DNA from: Clostridiales bacterium
Lineage (GTDB): Bacteria; Bacillota; Clostridia; Saccharofermentanales; Saccharofermentanaceae
Reading direction: 5' to 3'
Assembly (NCBI GenBank): GCA_017427465.1
Contig: JAFRST010000062.1
Location: 703 to 64,702 of the forward strand
Length of the DNA: 64,000 nt
Position numbers and translations under genes: made by a program
Shown here: positions 7,496 to 17,891 of the stretch, in pieces
Layout: each line of letters begins with the position of its first letter
Numbering within the stretch: position 1 is the stretch's first letter
The notes under the pieces: model-generated
Seen by the model: only the letters and a program-made list of their open reading frames with translations
Databases searched by the model: none
What the model was told of the DNA's origin: nothing

Positions 7496-9913
7496 TTACG
7501 CTCTCAAAGTAATACCGTACTTCTCCTCGAGGTTCTTGAGGATGGAAGCAACGAAGCCGTCGATGACTTCGGGCTTGAACTCCTCGTCCTTCGGAGTGAA
7601 GACGACGCTGAATGCGAGGCTCTTTTTATTCTCGCCGAGCTGTGCGCCTTCGTAGATATCGAAAAGCTCGATCCTCGTGATGTAGTCGCAGGAAGCTTCA
7701 ATCTCCTTCTCGACTGTTGCGCATGTGACGGACTTGTCCATGACGAAGCAGAAGTCGCGCTTCTCTTCCAGATACTTCGGAAGCGGTGTGAACTTTCTGT
7801 CCTTGCCGTAGTACTTGCTTAAGGTGCGCAGGTCGATCTCTGCAACGTATGCGGGAACTCTCATGTCGAGCTCATCACAGATTTCATAGAGGACCTGGCC
7901 CAGGTAGCCTACGCACTCGCCGTTGCAGATGACCTTTGCTGTTCTGCCCGGGTGGAGGAATGTCTTGGAATCCTTCTCGTAATCGAACTTAACGTCCAGC
8001 GCGGAAGCGATAACATCGACAAGACCCTTAAGTGAGTAGAAATCCTCGTCCTCACCGAAAACACCGATGCAGATGGTCTCGCGCTCGTCAGGATATTCCG
8101 TGAGAGGCAGGCTCTTGGGAAGGAACTTGTTGCCCATCTCGTAGATGCGGCCTGAGAGGATAGCGTTCTTCTGATTCCTTGCCATTGCCTTGATCATCTG
8201 GGGCGCTAACGTCGTGCGCATCAGGGACAGATCGATGTTGATCGGGTTTACAAGCTGGATCGCGAATCTCTCGGGTGCATCCTCAGACAGACGAAGAAGA
8301 TCGAAGTCTGAAGGCGAGAAGAATGAATAGTGCACACCTTCGGAAGCGCCTGCTGCGCAGAGCGCGTTCTTGATCTTGAGCTCTGAACGCTGCTTTAAGT
8401 TATAGCCGCCGGAAGTAACCTTTGCCGTAGGAATGAATGTAGGCGTGATGTGATCGTAGCCGTACATACGGATGACTTCTTCAGCGACATCCTGATAGGA
8501 CTCCATGTCTACACGGTAACCCGGGATATAGATCGTAAGCTCATCGCCGTTAAGCTCGGGCGCGAAGTTGAGGCCTGTCAGAATGCGGACGATATCCTCA
8601 TCAGGCACCGTGATTCCGAGAACGCCGTTAACTCTTGCAACGCTTACGGTAAGCTTTCTGGGCTCGATCGAGTTGCCGGTGTTAACATCGAAAGATGTTT
8701 TCGATACCTTGCCGCAGCCGAGCTCTTCGATAAGGTGCAGAGCTCTCTTCATTGCCATGACAGTCGTATACTCATCGACGCCCTTGGAAAATCTCATCGA
8801 GGAATCGGATACCTGCCCCAATGCCTTGGAGCTCTTGCGGATATTGTCGTGAGCGAACTTTGCAGCTTCGAACATGACTGCATTTGTCGTATCCAGAATC
8901 TCAGAGTTAAGACCGCCCATGATGCCTGCCAGAGCAACGGGCTTTACGCCGTCGCAGATAACGAGGTTATCGCTTGTAAGAGCGAATTCCTTCTCGTCCA
9001 AAGTAACGATCTTCTCGCCGTTTTCGGCGCGGCGCACATGGATCTCACCGCCCTCTAAGTAAGAGAAATCGAAGGCATGCATCGGTTGGCCGAGCTCGTA
9101 AAGCACGTAGTTCGTGATGTCTACGACATTGGAGATCGCGGAGCAGCCGACAAGAGCTAGACGGCGCTTCATCCAGGCAGGTGACTCACCGATAGTAACA
9201 TCAGAAACATAATGACCGATGTATCTCGGGCAGAGATCGGGAGCTGATACACGGATGTTGAAATCGATCGCAACATCACTCTCCGTGTAGTCCAGAGCGG
9301 GCTCCTTAATATCCTTGCCGAGAACTGCGGCAACCTCACGGGCGATGCCGAAGATCGACTGGCAGTCAGGTCTGTTAGCCGTGATGGAAACGTCGAAAAT
9401 ATAATCGTCCAGACCAAGGATGGGCTTAACATCTGCGCCCGGTACTGAATCTGCGGGAAGCACGAGAAGTCCGTTATATCCTGCGCCCGGGAACATGTCC
9501 TCGGTAACGCCGAGCTCAACACCGGAGCAGAGCATACCGAATGAGTCATAACCTCTGAGCTTGCCCTGGCCGATCGTCATGAGGCCTTCAACAGTGACAT
9601 GATCTTTTGCCGTTGCGTATACCTGAGCACCGATAAGAGCTAACGGATACTTGCCGCCTGCTTCAACGTTATCGGCGCCGCAGCAGATCTGGAGTACGCC
9701 GTTCTCGCCTGCATCAACAGTGCAGAGGTGAAGGTGCGTACCTTCGATAGCCTCACAAGTCTTTACTTCACCGACAACGACCTTGCTGATGTCCTTGCCT
9801 ACCTGATATTTTTCTTCTACTTCGAAGCCGCAGCTGAAGAGCTTCTCTTCGAGCTCATCAGGTGTGACATCGATATCTACATAATCTTTAAGCCAACTTA
9901 AAGGTACTAACAT
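7496..9913 (-). CDS. pheT: Phenylalanine--tRNA ligase beta subunit
   Basis: MLVPLSWLKDY, ITANRPD, tRNA-binding, B3/4 and FDX-ACB domains; follows pheS. Confidence 0.97.
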   Translation of the reverse strand: MLVPLSWLKDYVDIDVTPDELEEKLFSCGFEVEEKYQVGKDISKVVVGEVKTCEAIEGTHLHLCTVDAGENGVLQICCGADNVEAGGKYPLALIGAQVYATAKDHVTVEGLMTIGQGKLRGYDSFGMLCSGVELGVTEDMFPGAGYNGLLVLPADSVPGADVKPILGLDDYIFDVSITANRPDCQSIFGIAREVAAVLGKDIKEPALDYTESDVAIDFNIRVSAPDLCPRYIGHYVSDVTIGESPAWMKRRLALVGCSAISNVVDITNYVLYELGQPMHAFDFSYLEGGEIHVRRAENGEKIVTLDEKEFALTSDNLVICDGVKPVALAGIMGGLNSEILDTTNAVMFEAAKFAHDNIRKSSKALGQVSDSSMRFSKGVDEYTTVMAMKRALHLIEELGCGKVSKTSFDVNTGNSIEPRKLTVSVARVNGVLGITVPDEDIVRILTGLNFAPELNGDELTIYIPGYRVDMESYQDVAEEVIRMYGYDHITPTFIPTAKVTSGGYNLKQRSELKIKNALCAAGASEGVHYSFFSPSDFDLLRLSEDAPERFAIQLVNPINIDLSLMRTTLAPQMIKAMARNQKNAILSGRIYEMGNKFLPKSLPLTEYPDERETICIGVFGEDEDFYSLKGLVDVIASALDVKFDYEKDSKTFLHPGRTAKVICNGECVGYLGQVLYEICDELDMRVPAYVAEIDLRTLSKYYGKDRKFTPLPKYLEEKRDFCFVMDKSVTCATVEKEIEASCDYITRIELFDIYEGAQLGENKKSLAFSVVFTPKDEEFKPEVIDGFVASILKNLEEKYGITLRA

Positions 9914-9934
9914 TTTTACTTGCCTCCTTTTCGC

Positions 9935-10978
9935 TTAGTCATCGATCTGTTCAAGCACTCTGAGATCAGACTCAAAAAGGAGCTTGATGTTGTTGATGCC
10001 GTACTTGAGCATGGCAATACGGTCGATGCCGATTCCGAACGCCAGACCGCTGTACTTGTCACTGTCGATGCCGCAGCCTTCAAGGACCTTCTTGTTGACT
10101 ACGCCTGCGCCGAGGACTTCGATCCAGCCTGTTCCCTTGCAGAGCTTGCAGCCCTTGCCGCCGCACTGGAAGCATGATACGTCGACTTCGACGGAGGGCT
10201 CAGTGAACGGGAAGTATGAAGGTCTCAAGCGTGTTCTTGTCTCTTCGCCGAAGATCTTCTTAACGAATACGTCAAGCATTCCCTGAAGGTCGCAGAGCGT
10301 GATGCCCTCATCTACAACGAGTCCTTCCATCTGGGAGAACATCGGTGAGTGTGTGGCATCGTCATCTGAACGGAAGACTTTGCCGGGTGAGATGATCTTT
10401 ATAGGCGGCTGCTGGGATTCCATAACGTGGACCTGGCCTGCCGAGGTCTGTGTCCTCAGAAGGAACTCAGGGCTTAAATAAAAAGTATCCTGCATGTCGC
10501 GCGAAGGGTGATCCTTCGGGATATTCAAAGCCGTGAAGTTATAGTGATCTGTCTCGATCTCGTTGCCCTCGTAAACGGAGAAACCCATTGAGCCGAAGAT
10601 ATCGACGATCTGGTTCCTTACCTGGGTATTCGGGTGGAGATAGCCCTTCTTAAGCTTCTTGGAAGGGAGCGTGACATCGATGGACTCCGCTTCATAGCGT
10701 GCCTTCTGCTCCTCTGCTTTAAGCTTGCTGTCCAAAGCATCGAACTGCTCTGTTGCCCAGCCTCTGATCTCGTTGACCATCTTGCCGTACTCGGCCTTCT
10801 GCTCCTTCGGGATCTTGCCCATCTCCTTCATGAGAGATCCGATCGTGCCTTCTTTAGAATCCATGACACTTTTCCTGTATTCGAAAACTGCCTTTGAACT
10901 CGTAAGTCCTGTCAGGTCAGACTCGATCTGACTCTTGATCTGTGATAACTTTGCGCTTAATTCACTAAGTTCAGCCAT
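9935..10978 (-). CDS. pheS: Phenylalanine--tRNA ligase alpha subunit (true start MAELSEL; the ORF-track extension lies in the T-box)
   Basis: [26 protein letters not shown] motifs; AGGAGG RBS. Confidence 0.97.
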   Translation of the reverse strand: MAELSELSAKLSQIKSQIESDLTGLTSSKAVFEYRKSVMDSKEGTIGSLMKEMGKIPKEQKAEYGKMVNEIRGWATEQFDALDSKLKAEEQKARYEAESIDVTLPSKKLKKGYLHPNTQVRNQIVDIFGSMGFSVYEGNEIETDHYNFTALNIPKDHPSRDMQDTFYLSPEFLLRTQTSAGQVHVMESQQPPIKIISPGKVFRSDDDATHSPMFSQMEGLVVDEGITLCDLQGMLDVFVKKIFGEETRTRLRPSYFPFTEPSVEVDVSCFQCGGKGCKLCKGTGWIEVLGAGVVNKKVLEGCGIDSDKYSGLAFGIGIDRIAMLKYGINNIKLLFESDLRVLEQIDD

Positions 10979-11009
10979 GTTTTCCTCCTTGTTCTTCGTC
11001 GCCTCTTGC

Positions 11010-11290
11010 AATAAAAAATCCCGCGGCAACTTGTCATTGCCACGGGACGAATTCGCAATTATCTGCACCTTCGCGGTACCACCCATGTTCGGAAAACCAT
11101 TATAGCTTTCCGCACTTAAATCGCGCTGTTTTGCCGCGCATCGCATCTGCTTAGTCAGCGTATCAGACGCCGTTTCCGACAGAAGCTCCGGTGTTGAAAT
11201 TCATCCTGATGCCCTTCGGATCGTGCTTTCAGCCCAAGACACGACTCTCTTTCCCGGCAGCAAAAAGACTACTTACGCACCTTCATTGCA
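11010..11290 (-). promoter_or_regulatory. T-box riboswitch (Phe specifier)
   Basis: AGAGA and GCTGAAA stem-I motifs, GAAT-TTC specifier, T-box AACATGGGTGGTACCGCG (~11072-11089), terminator 11013-11048. Confidence 0.92.
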
Positions 11291-11531
11291 GGCTTTATTT
11301 ATAATATGCACCCGGCGAAAAGTCAAGCAAGATAACCGGCCGGATCCTGCCGAATTCCGGCTCCCGTTTGTGTCATCCGCATGCCGGGCGCTTCCGGATT
11401 AGTGAAAATTAGACAAATAATTTACAAAATATCAAAAAGTGTTTATTTATTAGAACGCGTGTAATATTATAACTTTTGGAGTGTTCTCAGCTGGAGGACT
11501 TAAGTATTTTTTTTGATACGCGGGGTTTAAC

Positions 11532-14500
11532 ATGAAAAAGAAAAACATTTGGGGCATTATGCTCTCACTCGTTGTTACCATTGCCGTTCTGACCGTCCTT
11601 GGCGGAATTGCCGTTTCTGCGGACGCTTCTGTTCTCGAAAGCGGTAACTGCGGTGCCAACGGTGACAACGTTACTTACACGCTTTATGATGACGGTTTGC
11701 TCGTAATAACGGGTACCGGTGATATGAACAGCGATTTTGAATATTCTTCCGGTGTTCCGTGGATCGACCATGGAAAATCCGACAAAATTAAGCAGGTAGT
11801 CATTGAATCCGGCGTAACAAGTATCGGAAGATATTCATTCTTTTACTGCAGCAATCTTACATCAATAACTATTCCCGAATCCGTGACAAAGATCGATTAC
11901 CGGGCTTTTTACGGAAGCGGCATAGAATCAATAACTATTCCCTATGGCGTAACCACTATTGGAGATGAGGTTCTTTACAATTGCGATTCTCTTACAACTG
12001 TTGAGATCTCTTCAACCATTAAAAGTATCGGAAATAAAGTCTTTGAGGCATGCGATAACCTTACCACCGTCACATTTGCATCGACAGGTGACATTGAAGT
12101 TATCCCGGCTGAAACATTTAAAGAATGCAAAAAGCTTACCGCAGTATATCTCCCCAGCGGTGTTACCACCATCGGAGACAATGCCTTCTCATATTGTTAT
12201 GAACTTAAGACCGTAACTATTCCTGATACTGTCACAAGTATCGGTGACCGTGCTTTTTACAACTGCTACATCCTTACTGATGCAGCTCTTCCTAACAGCA
12301 TTTTATCGATCGGAGACGAAGCATTTTATTATTGCCAAAAGCTTAATTTCCCTAACTTCCCTAACAAGATCAAGACTATCGGCAATTATGCTTTCTATAA
12401 CTGCACCGGAATGACAACGGCATTGGTCATCCCTGATACAGTTGAAAGCCTCGGTGCATACGCATTCCATTACTGCGAGAATATAGCTTCACTTACTTTG
12501 CCTGCATCTGATAAGCTTCAGTTTGATTCCATACCTGTCGGTTGTTTTAGCTATTTAAAGAATATCGAGTCGGTAAATATCCCTTCGGGCATAACAAGCA
12601 TAGAAGCTAATGCATTTTCGGGTTGTTATGAGCTCGAATCCGTTTCGCTCCCTGCCGGTCTTAAATCCATAGGGGATTATGCTTTCAGCAGCTGTTCCGT
12701 TCTTGAGACCATTGATCTTCCTGACTCCTTATCAAGCATAGGAATGGGCGCGTTCTACAGTACAGATCTTAAGACCATAACCATTCCGGATAATGTAACA
12801 AAGATTGCGAACAATACGTTCGGTTATTGTAAAAATCTCAAAACTGTAAATCTTCCGGAAAATGTAACAGAGATCGGGGACGAAGCGTTCTACTATTGCC
12901 AAGCTCTGGAAACAATAGATCTCCCTGACAGCGTAACAACTATCGGGGAGAATGCATTCGAACAATGCAGGCTGCTTGAATCGATCGATCTTCCTGCCGG
13001 TCTCACATCCCTTGGAGAGGAAGCTTTCCGTGAATGCCGCGCACTTAAATCGATCGTTATACCGAATGGAATAACATCTATCAATGCTGCCACTTTCATG
13101 TATTGTACTGTTCTTGAATCAGTAACGCTTCCCAATAACTTGGAATATATCGGGGCCAGTGCATTCTATGGCTGCTATAAACTGACATCCATAGATCTTC
13201 CCAACAGTTTAAAAACTCTTGGTATTAGTGCATTTGGTATCAATTTTACTGACGACTCAGCCGGTCTTGAGTCAATAAACCTTCCGGAAGGAGTAACATT
13301 TGAATCGGATACTTGGGGTAATGGTGCCGCAACATTCGAGAATACGAATATCACAAGTTTAACGATTCCCGGATCTATTACTACAATTCCGGAAAATACA
13401 TTCTGGTATAGCAGTAAACTTCAGTCCGTAACTTTTGGTGAGGGCGTGAAGACCATTGAATTCGGTGCTTTAAGATACAGTAACAATATCAAAACTGTAG
13501 TAATACCAAGCACTGTTACCAAGATCGGCATGTACGCTTTGGGCAGCGGTAAGAGCATGACTGACGTCTATTGCTATGCTAATCCTGCTAATTTGGATAT
13601 GAGCTACGGCAACAATAATAACTTCAATTCCAACACCAAGTTCCACGTTCCTGCCCAGTATCTTGATATTTACAAGGAAAAGTTCCCGGGCTTGGCAGAT
13701 AACTTCATCGGCGATGCAGACGGCGAGATCGCTGTCGGCAGCAGCACACACCTTTGCGGTCACTCTGTCACTATCGACGGATCGATCGGCGTTAATTTCT
13801 ACATGACACTCGGAGAGGACGTACTTAATAATGCCGATACTGCATATATGCAGTTTACTATCAACGGCAAGACTCAGAATGCCAAGGTCAGCGAAGCTTC
13901 CAGAGACGGCATTTACTACATCTTCCGCTGTAACGTCGTAGCAAAGGAAATGACAGATACTATCTCAGCACAGATGTATCTGTCCGAAGGCAATCCCGAC
14001 GGCGATGCTTACACTTACACTGTAAGAGACTATGCGGTCTACATCCTTAACCACAAGGCCGACTATTCCACTGCAGTAGTAAATGTTGTAAACGAGATGC
14101 TCAACTACGGTGCAGCAGCGCAGATCTATTTTAATTACAATACATCTGACCTTGCTAACTCTGTAGTAAATGATTCCAATAAGCCTTCATTGACTGAAGG
14201 TTCTTACAAGGTTATAGACGTAATTGGTCGTATTACTTACCGTGATTTTGGTACATATAATGACGAGTTCGTTACTACCGTAGGAGACGTTAAGCTCTCA
14301 ATGACAAGCCTGTCACTCAAGTCAACTCTTACCTTAAAGCTTTACTTTGAGAACGTTCCGGAGGGTACGGCATTCACGTATAATGGTCAGACTCTTACGG
14401 CATCCAAGTCAGGCAAATACACTGTCGTAACGATCGAAGGCATCAACCCTTACTATATCAATGCCTGGGTTGAGATCGGTGTCAGCTATGGTGAAACAAA

Positions 14501-14651
14501 CGGAACAATAATATATAATCCTCTGAAATACGTTTATAACGTTATGAAGGCAGATTATGATACAAAGGTAACATGGCAGCTCAAGCAGGTATTGTCTTCT
14601 ATGATAGAATTCCAATTTGCTCTGAGTGAATATTATAATCCTCAGATATAA
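11532..14651 (+). CDS. BspA-like LRR secreted/surface protein with conserved C-terminal domain
   Basis: Signal peptide; LRR_5 repeats; GHSVTIDGSIGVNFY...MLNYGAAAQIYFNYNT domain. Confidence 0.92.
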   Translation: MKKKNIWGIMLSLVVTIAVLTVLGGIAVSADASVLESGNCGANGDNVTYTLYDDGLLVITGTGDMNSDFEYSSGVPWIDHGKSDKIKQVVIESGVTSIGRYSFFYCSNLTSITIPESVTKIDYRAFYGSGIESITIPYGVTTIGDEVLYNCDSLTTVEISSTIKSIGNKVFEACDNLTTVTFASTGDIEVIPAETFKECKKLTAVYLPSGVTTIGDNAFSYCYELKTVTIPDTVTSIGDRAFYNCYILTDAALPNSILSIGDEAFYYCQKLNFPNFPNKIKTIGNYAFYNCTGMTTALVIPDTVESLGAYAFHYCENIASLTLPASDKLQFDSIPVGCFSYLKNIESVNIPSGITSIEANAFSGCYELESVSLPAGLKSIGDYAFSSCSVLETIDLPDSLSSIGMGAFYSTDLKTITIPDNVTKIANNTFGYCKNLKTVNLPENVTEIGDEAFYYCQALETIDLPDSVTTIGENAFEQCRLLESIDLPAGLTSLGEEAFRECRALKSIVIPNGITSINAATFMYCTVLESVTLPNNLEYIGASAFYGCYKLTSIDLPNSLKTLGISAFGINFTDDSAGLESINLPEGVTFESDTWGNGAATFENTNITSLTIPGSITTIPENTFWYSSKLQSVTFGEGVKTIEFGALRYSNNIKTVVIPSTVTKIGMYALGSGKSMTDVYCYANPANLDMSYGNNNNFNSNTKFHVPAQYLDIYKEKFPGLADNFIGDADGEIAVGSSTHLCGHSVTIDGSIGVNFYMTLGEDVLNNADTAYMQFTINGKTQNAKVSEASRDGIYYIFRCNVVAKEMTDTISAQMYLSEGNPDGDAYTYTVRDYAVYILNHKADYSTAVVNVVNEMLNYGAAAQIYFNYNTSDLANSVVNDSNKPSLTEGSYKVIDVIGRITYRDFGTYNDEFVTTVGDVKLSMTSLSLKSTLTLKLYFENVPEGTAFTYNGQTLTASKSGKYTVVTIEGINPYYINAWVEIGVSYGETNGTIIYNPLKYVYNVMKADYDTKVTWQLKQVLSSMIEFQFALSEYYNPQI

Positions 14652-14667
14652 TAACAGGAGAAGAAAA

Positions 14668-14778
14668 ATGAATACAAAAGACATTTACGAAGAATTGGAT
14701 ATGAGCGTTATCACATTTGAGAATGTGGACATTATCACCGACAGTGATCCTGACGGTTTGCCGCCTCAAGGCATATAA
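14668..14778 (+). CDS. Small acidic peptide, 36 aa: MNTKDIYEELDMSVITFENVDIITDSDPDGLPPQGI
   Basis: AGGAG RBS; 16 nt after the LRR stop; homologous to 196-294; lies before the terminator. Confidence 0.8.
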   Translation: MNTKDIYEELDMSVITFENVDIITDSDPDGLPPQGI

Positions 14779-14819
14779 CGCCACACAGCACTTGTCTTAA
14801 CAGGGACTGATTATCATTC

Positions 14820-14848
14820 AAAGGGTGCCTTACGGGGCACCCTTTTTT
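14820..14848 (+). terminator. Intrinsic terminator
   Basis: AAAGGGTGCC-TTACGG-GGCACCCTTT plus T-run. Confidence 0.85.
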
Positions 14849-14896
14849 ACCGCCTTTACTCAAATGTTATAATGTCTTTGAAAAAGGAGAGGCCCT

Positions 14897-15967
14897 ATGG
14901 CAAAAGTCTTAGTCGGAATGTCCGGCGGCGTTGACAGCGCGGTTACCGCATATCTTCTTAAACAGGAAGGTCACGAAGTGACCGGCGTTACGCTGCGCAC
15001 CTGGCAGGAAGAAGACGGCGGCGACAGCAGGTGCTGTGAGATCGATGAGGCCAGAAGGACATGCGAGGTCTTAGGTATCAAGTACCATCCGCACAACTGC
15101 CTGTCACTTTTCGACAACTGCGTGGTAAAGCCTTTTGTCGATGACTATTTGCGTGGACTGACCCCGAATCCCTGCATCGAGTGCAACCGCTATGTTAAGT
15201 GGGCGAAGATGTTAGAGCTCGCACAGGTCTTCGGCGCCGAATACATAGCGACCGGACACTACGCTTCCATAGTCGCCCTCCCTAACGGGAGATTTACCGT
15301 CCGCAAGTCTCCGCATGCAAATAAAGACCAGTCCTACATGATATACAAGCTCACCCAGGAGCAGCTTCAGCACACGCTGATGCCTCTTGGGGGATACACC
15401 AAGGACGAAGTAAGAGCCATCGCCGAGAAGGCAGGCATCCCCTGCGCTCATAAGGACGATTCACAGGAGATCTGCTTCGTTACCGACGGAAGATATACGG
15501 ACTTTATCAGAGAACACTCGGACAGGCCCGTCCCGGAGGAAGGCAAATTCGTTGATGAGGACGGTCGTGTTTTGGGAATCCACAAAGGCATCTACCAGTA
15601 TACTGTAGGACAGCGTAAGGGCCTCGGGATCGCCCTGGGATACCCCGCTTATGTCACTAAAATACTGGCAGATGAGAATAAAGTCGTGCTAGGAAGCCTT
15701 GAAGCGCTTAAGTCCAAGACGGTCTTATGCAGAGATGTTAACTTCATGAGCATAGAGGATCTTGCGCCCGGAGATAAGCTCACGTGCCTTGCCAAGACAA
15801 GATATCACCAGACAGAGCGCACGGCTGTCATTGAGAGGATCGATCCGGAACATATAAAGATCACCGCGGATGAGCCATTCCCGGGCGTATCGCCCGGACA
15901 GTCAGCCGTATTCTACGATGACGACGGATGTATCATTGGCGGCGGGATAATAGAGAGATCCTTGTAA
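14897..15967 (+). CDS. mnmA: tRNA 2-thiouridine(34) synthase
   Basis: MSGGVDS PP-loop, TPNPCIECN, ATGHYA, KDQSY, DSQEICF. Confidence 0.95.
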   Translation: MAKVLVGMSGGVDSAVTAYLLKQEGHEVTGVTLRTWQEEDGGDSRCCEIDEARRTCEVLGIKYHPHNCLSLFDNCVVKPFVDDYLRGLTPNPCIECNRYVKWAKMLELAQVFGAEYIATGHYASIVALPNGRFTVRKSPHANKDQSYMIYKLTQEQLQHTLMPLGGYTKDEVRAIAEKAGIPCAHKDDSQEICFVTDGRYTDFIREHSDRPVPEEGKFVDEDGRVLGIHKGIYQYTVGQRKGLGIALGYPAYVTKILADENKVVLGSLEALKSKTVLCRDVNFMSIEDLAPGDKLTCLAKTRYHQTERTAVIERIDPEHIKITADEPFPGVSPGQSAVFYDDDGCIIGGGIIERSL

Positions 15968-16123
15968 GATCAAATTTTCGAACTGATAAAAATGCGAGAA
16001 CGGGCACCTCAGATGAGAGGATACCCGTCCAACGCACATCCCAAGGATACCTCTAGCGAGGCCTTGAGTCCGTACGGATCCCCGCATAAAGAATCACCAA
16101 AAGCATGCGGGGTTCCGGAACGG

Positions 16124-16681
16124 TTACTTCTTAATATCAGCTCTCCATGTAGCAGGCTTGAACTCCTGTACGAGCGGGAGGAGACGCTGATCTACGTCGA
16201 TCTTGAAGACGGAGTTAAAGTTGTTTGTCGCGATCATCTGACCTGCGAAGCCTACGATAACTACGAGTTCCTGATCAGTAAAGTGCTTCTTAAGTTCAGC
16301 GAAAAGTTCATCGGATACTGATGTAGGATCCTTAACGATGGACTCTGCAAGTGTAGTAAGAAGTGTTTCCTTCTCATCGTAAACGAGGTTAGCAGGATCT
16401 AAGCCAAGCCCCTTAACGTCGCTGATGAAGAAAAGGGAGCACAACTGGCAGGAGTTAGTTGTGGAGATCTTGTGTGCGTAGAGGATCGCATCCTTCTCAC
16501 CGATTACCTCAACCAATCTGTTCCAGGATGTGTACCATGCCATATAAGCATCGTATGTTGCTGCGTCATTGAGAAGGCCCTTCTTCATGTTCGTAACTGC
16601 GTTTCTGCCTGCAAGCTCGTCGTAACGTACCTTCTCTGCGCCTGTTGCCTCTGACTGTTCTACCAATTTAATTCGTGCCAT
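16124..16681 (-). CDS. Carboxymuconolactone decarboxylase/AhpD-like protein
   Basis: STTNSCQLCS CxxC; VSDELFAELKKHFTDQELV. Confidence 0.75.
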   Translation of the reverse strand: MARIKLVEQSEATGAEKVRYDELAGRNAVTNMKKGLLNDAATYDAYMAWYTSWNRLVEVIGEKDAILYAHKISTTNSCQLCSLFFISDVKGLGLDPANLVYDEKETLLTTLAESIVKDPTSVSDELFAELKKHFTDQELVVIVGFAGQMIATNNFNSVFKIDVDQRLLPLVQEFKPATWRADIKK

Positions 16682-16717
16682 GTTGTGTTTCTCCTTTTTC
16701 TGTGCGTTTTTTGTTTT

Positions 16718-17878
16718 TTAAAGTGCGATCTTAAGTATGTCTATGATCTTTTTGCTGTCGAGCGGAACGTAGTGGCCTACATTGCCACCGGCCGTAGCAC
16801 GCTCTGCCATTGTCTTAAAGTCCTTGTCTGTTATGCCGAGTTCGCTTAATCTCGTCTTGAGTCCCAGGCTCTTGAAGAACTCCTCGAGTTCTTCAGATAG
16901 AAGAAGCGCTCTTTCTTTCTCACTAAAATCGTAAGCGTCTTTGCCATAGACTCTTGAAGCTAACTGAGCCAGCCTCCAGGGCTTTTCTTCCGCCATGTAC
17001 TTCGTCCATGCGACAAAGACTATGGCCATTCCTTCACCGTGGGTGATGTTGTATTGTGCGGAAAGCTCGTGCTCGATACGGTGCGATCCCCAGTCTGCCC
17101 TTCTGCCGGCATCGAGGAAATTATTGTGCGCTACTGATGCGAGCCACTGTATCTCCGCTCTGGCGTTGATGTCCTTTGGGTCTTCAATAAGTCTTCTTGC
17201 GTTGACCTGAAGTGCCCTTATGGCTCCTTCGATGAGATAGTCTGTCGTATCCGAATTCTTCTCATCGGAGAAGTATCTTTCGAGAAGGTGCGATAAGACA
17301 TCCGCGATACCGACGTAAGTTTGGTATTCGGGAAGGTTTACTGTGTACCGCGGATTCATTATCGCGAATCTCGGAATGATACGGTCATCTTCAAAGCCTT
17401 TTTTCCACTCTCCATATGAGAGGATGGCGGCATTAGAGGTCTCAGATCCTGAAGAAGCCGTTGTGGCGATAACGCCGATTCCTAATACCTTTTCCGGTAC
17501 GGCGCCATTTGAGAAAAAGTCCCAGACGTCATCTTCGTAAGGTATTCCGATTGCTATTGCCTTGGCTGTGTCGATGGAGCTTCCTCCGCCTACTGCCAGG
17601 ACAAAATCGACTTCGTCTTTCTTACCCTGTTCTACGAGCTTTCTTACGAGCTCGATGGACGGATTCGGCACTACTTCCCTGCTCTCGGAAAACTTTATAT
17701 CCAGTTCTTTTACAGCGTCCCTGATAACGTCGTAAATGCCGAGTGTCTCTACAAAATCTCCGCTGGTTACTAATAGGAGTGACTTTACGTTGTTTTGCTT
17801 AAGGAGTTTTGCGAGACTCTTCTCGCTTCCTTCACCGAATACGATCTTCGCAGGGTTGTAGTACTCAAATCCGATCAT
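16718..17878 (-). CDS. Iron-containing alcohol dehydrogenase (butanol dehydrogenase-like)
   Basis: AVGGGSSIDTAK; HRIEHELSA; HGEG. Confidence 0.9.
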   Translation of the reverse strand: MIGFEYYNPAKIVFGEGSEKSLAKLLKQNNVKSLLLVTSGDFVETLGIYDVIRDAVKELDIKFSESREVVPNPSIELVRKLVEQGKKDEVDFVLAVGGGSSIDTAKAIAIGIPYEDDVWDFFSNGAVPEKVLGIGVIATTASSGSETSNAAILSYGEWKKGFEDDRIIPRFAIMNPRYTVNLPEYQTYVGIADVLSHLLERYFSDEKNSDTTDYLIEGAIRALQVNARRLIEDPKDINARAEIQWLASVAHNNFLDAGRRADWGSHRIEHELSAQYNITHGEGMAIVFVAWTKYMAEEKPWRLAQLASRVYGKDAYDFSEKERALLLSEELEEFFKSLGLKTRLSELGITDKDFKTMAERATAGGNVGHYVPLDSKKIIDILKIAL

Positions 17879-17891
17879 GGGTTATTGCTCC

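Noticed and set aside
10979-11146. N-terminal extension of PheS in the ORF track
   Set aside because: It lies within the T-box leader; the RBS supports the start at 10978
15990-16123. ncRNA between mnmA and the AhpD-like gene
   Set aside because: The hairpins are adequately explained as terminators of convergent genes; no promoter seen
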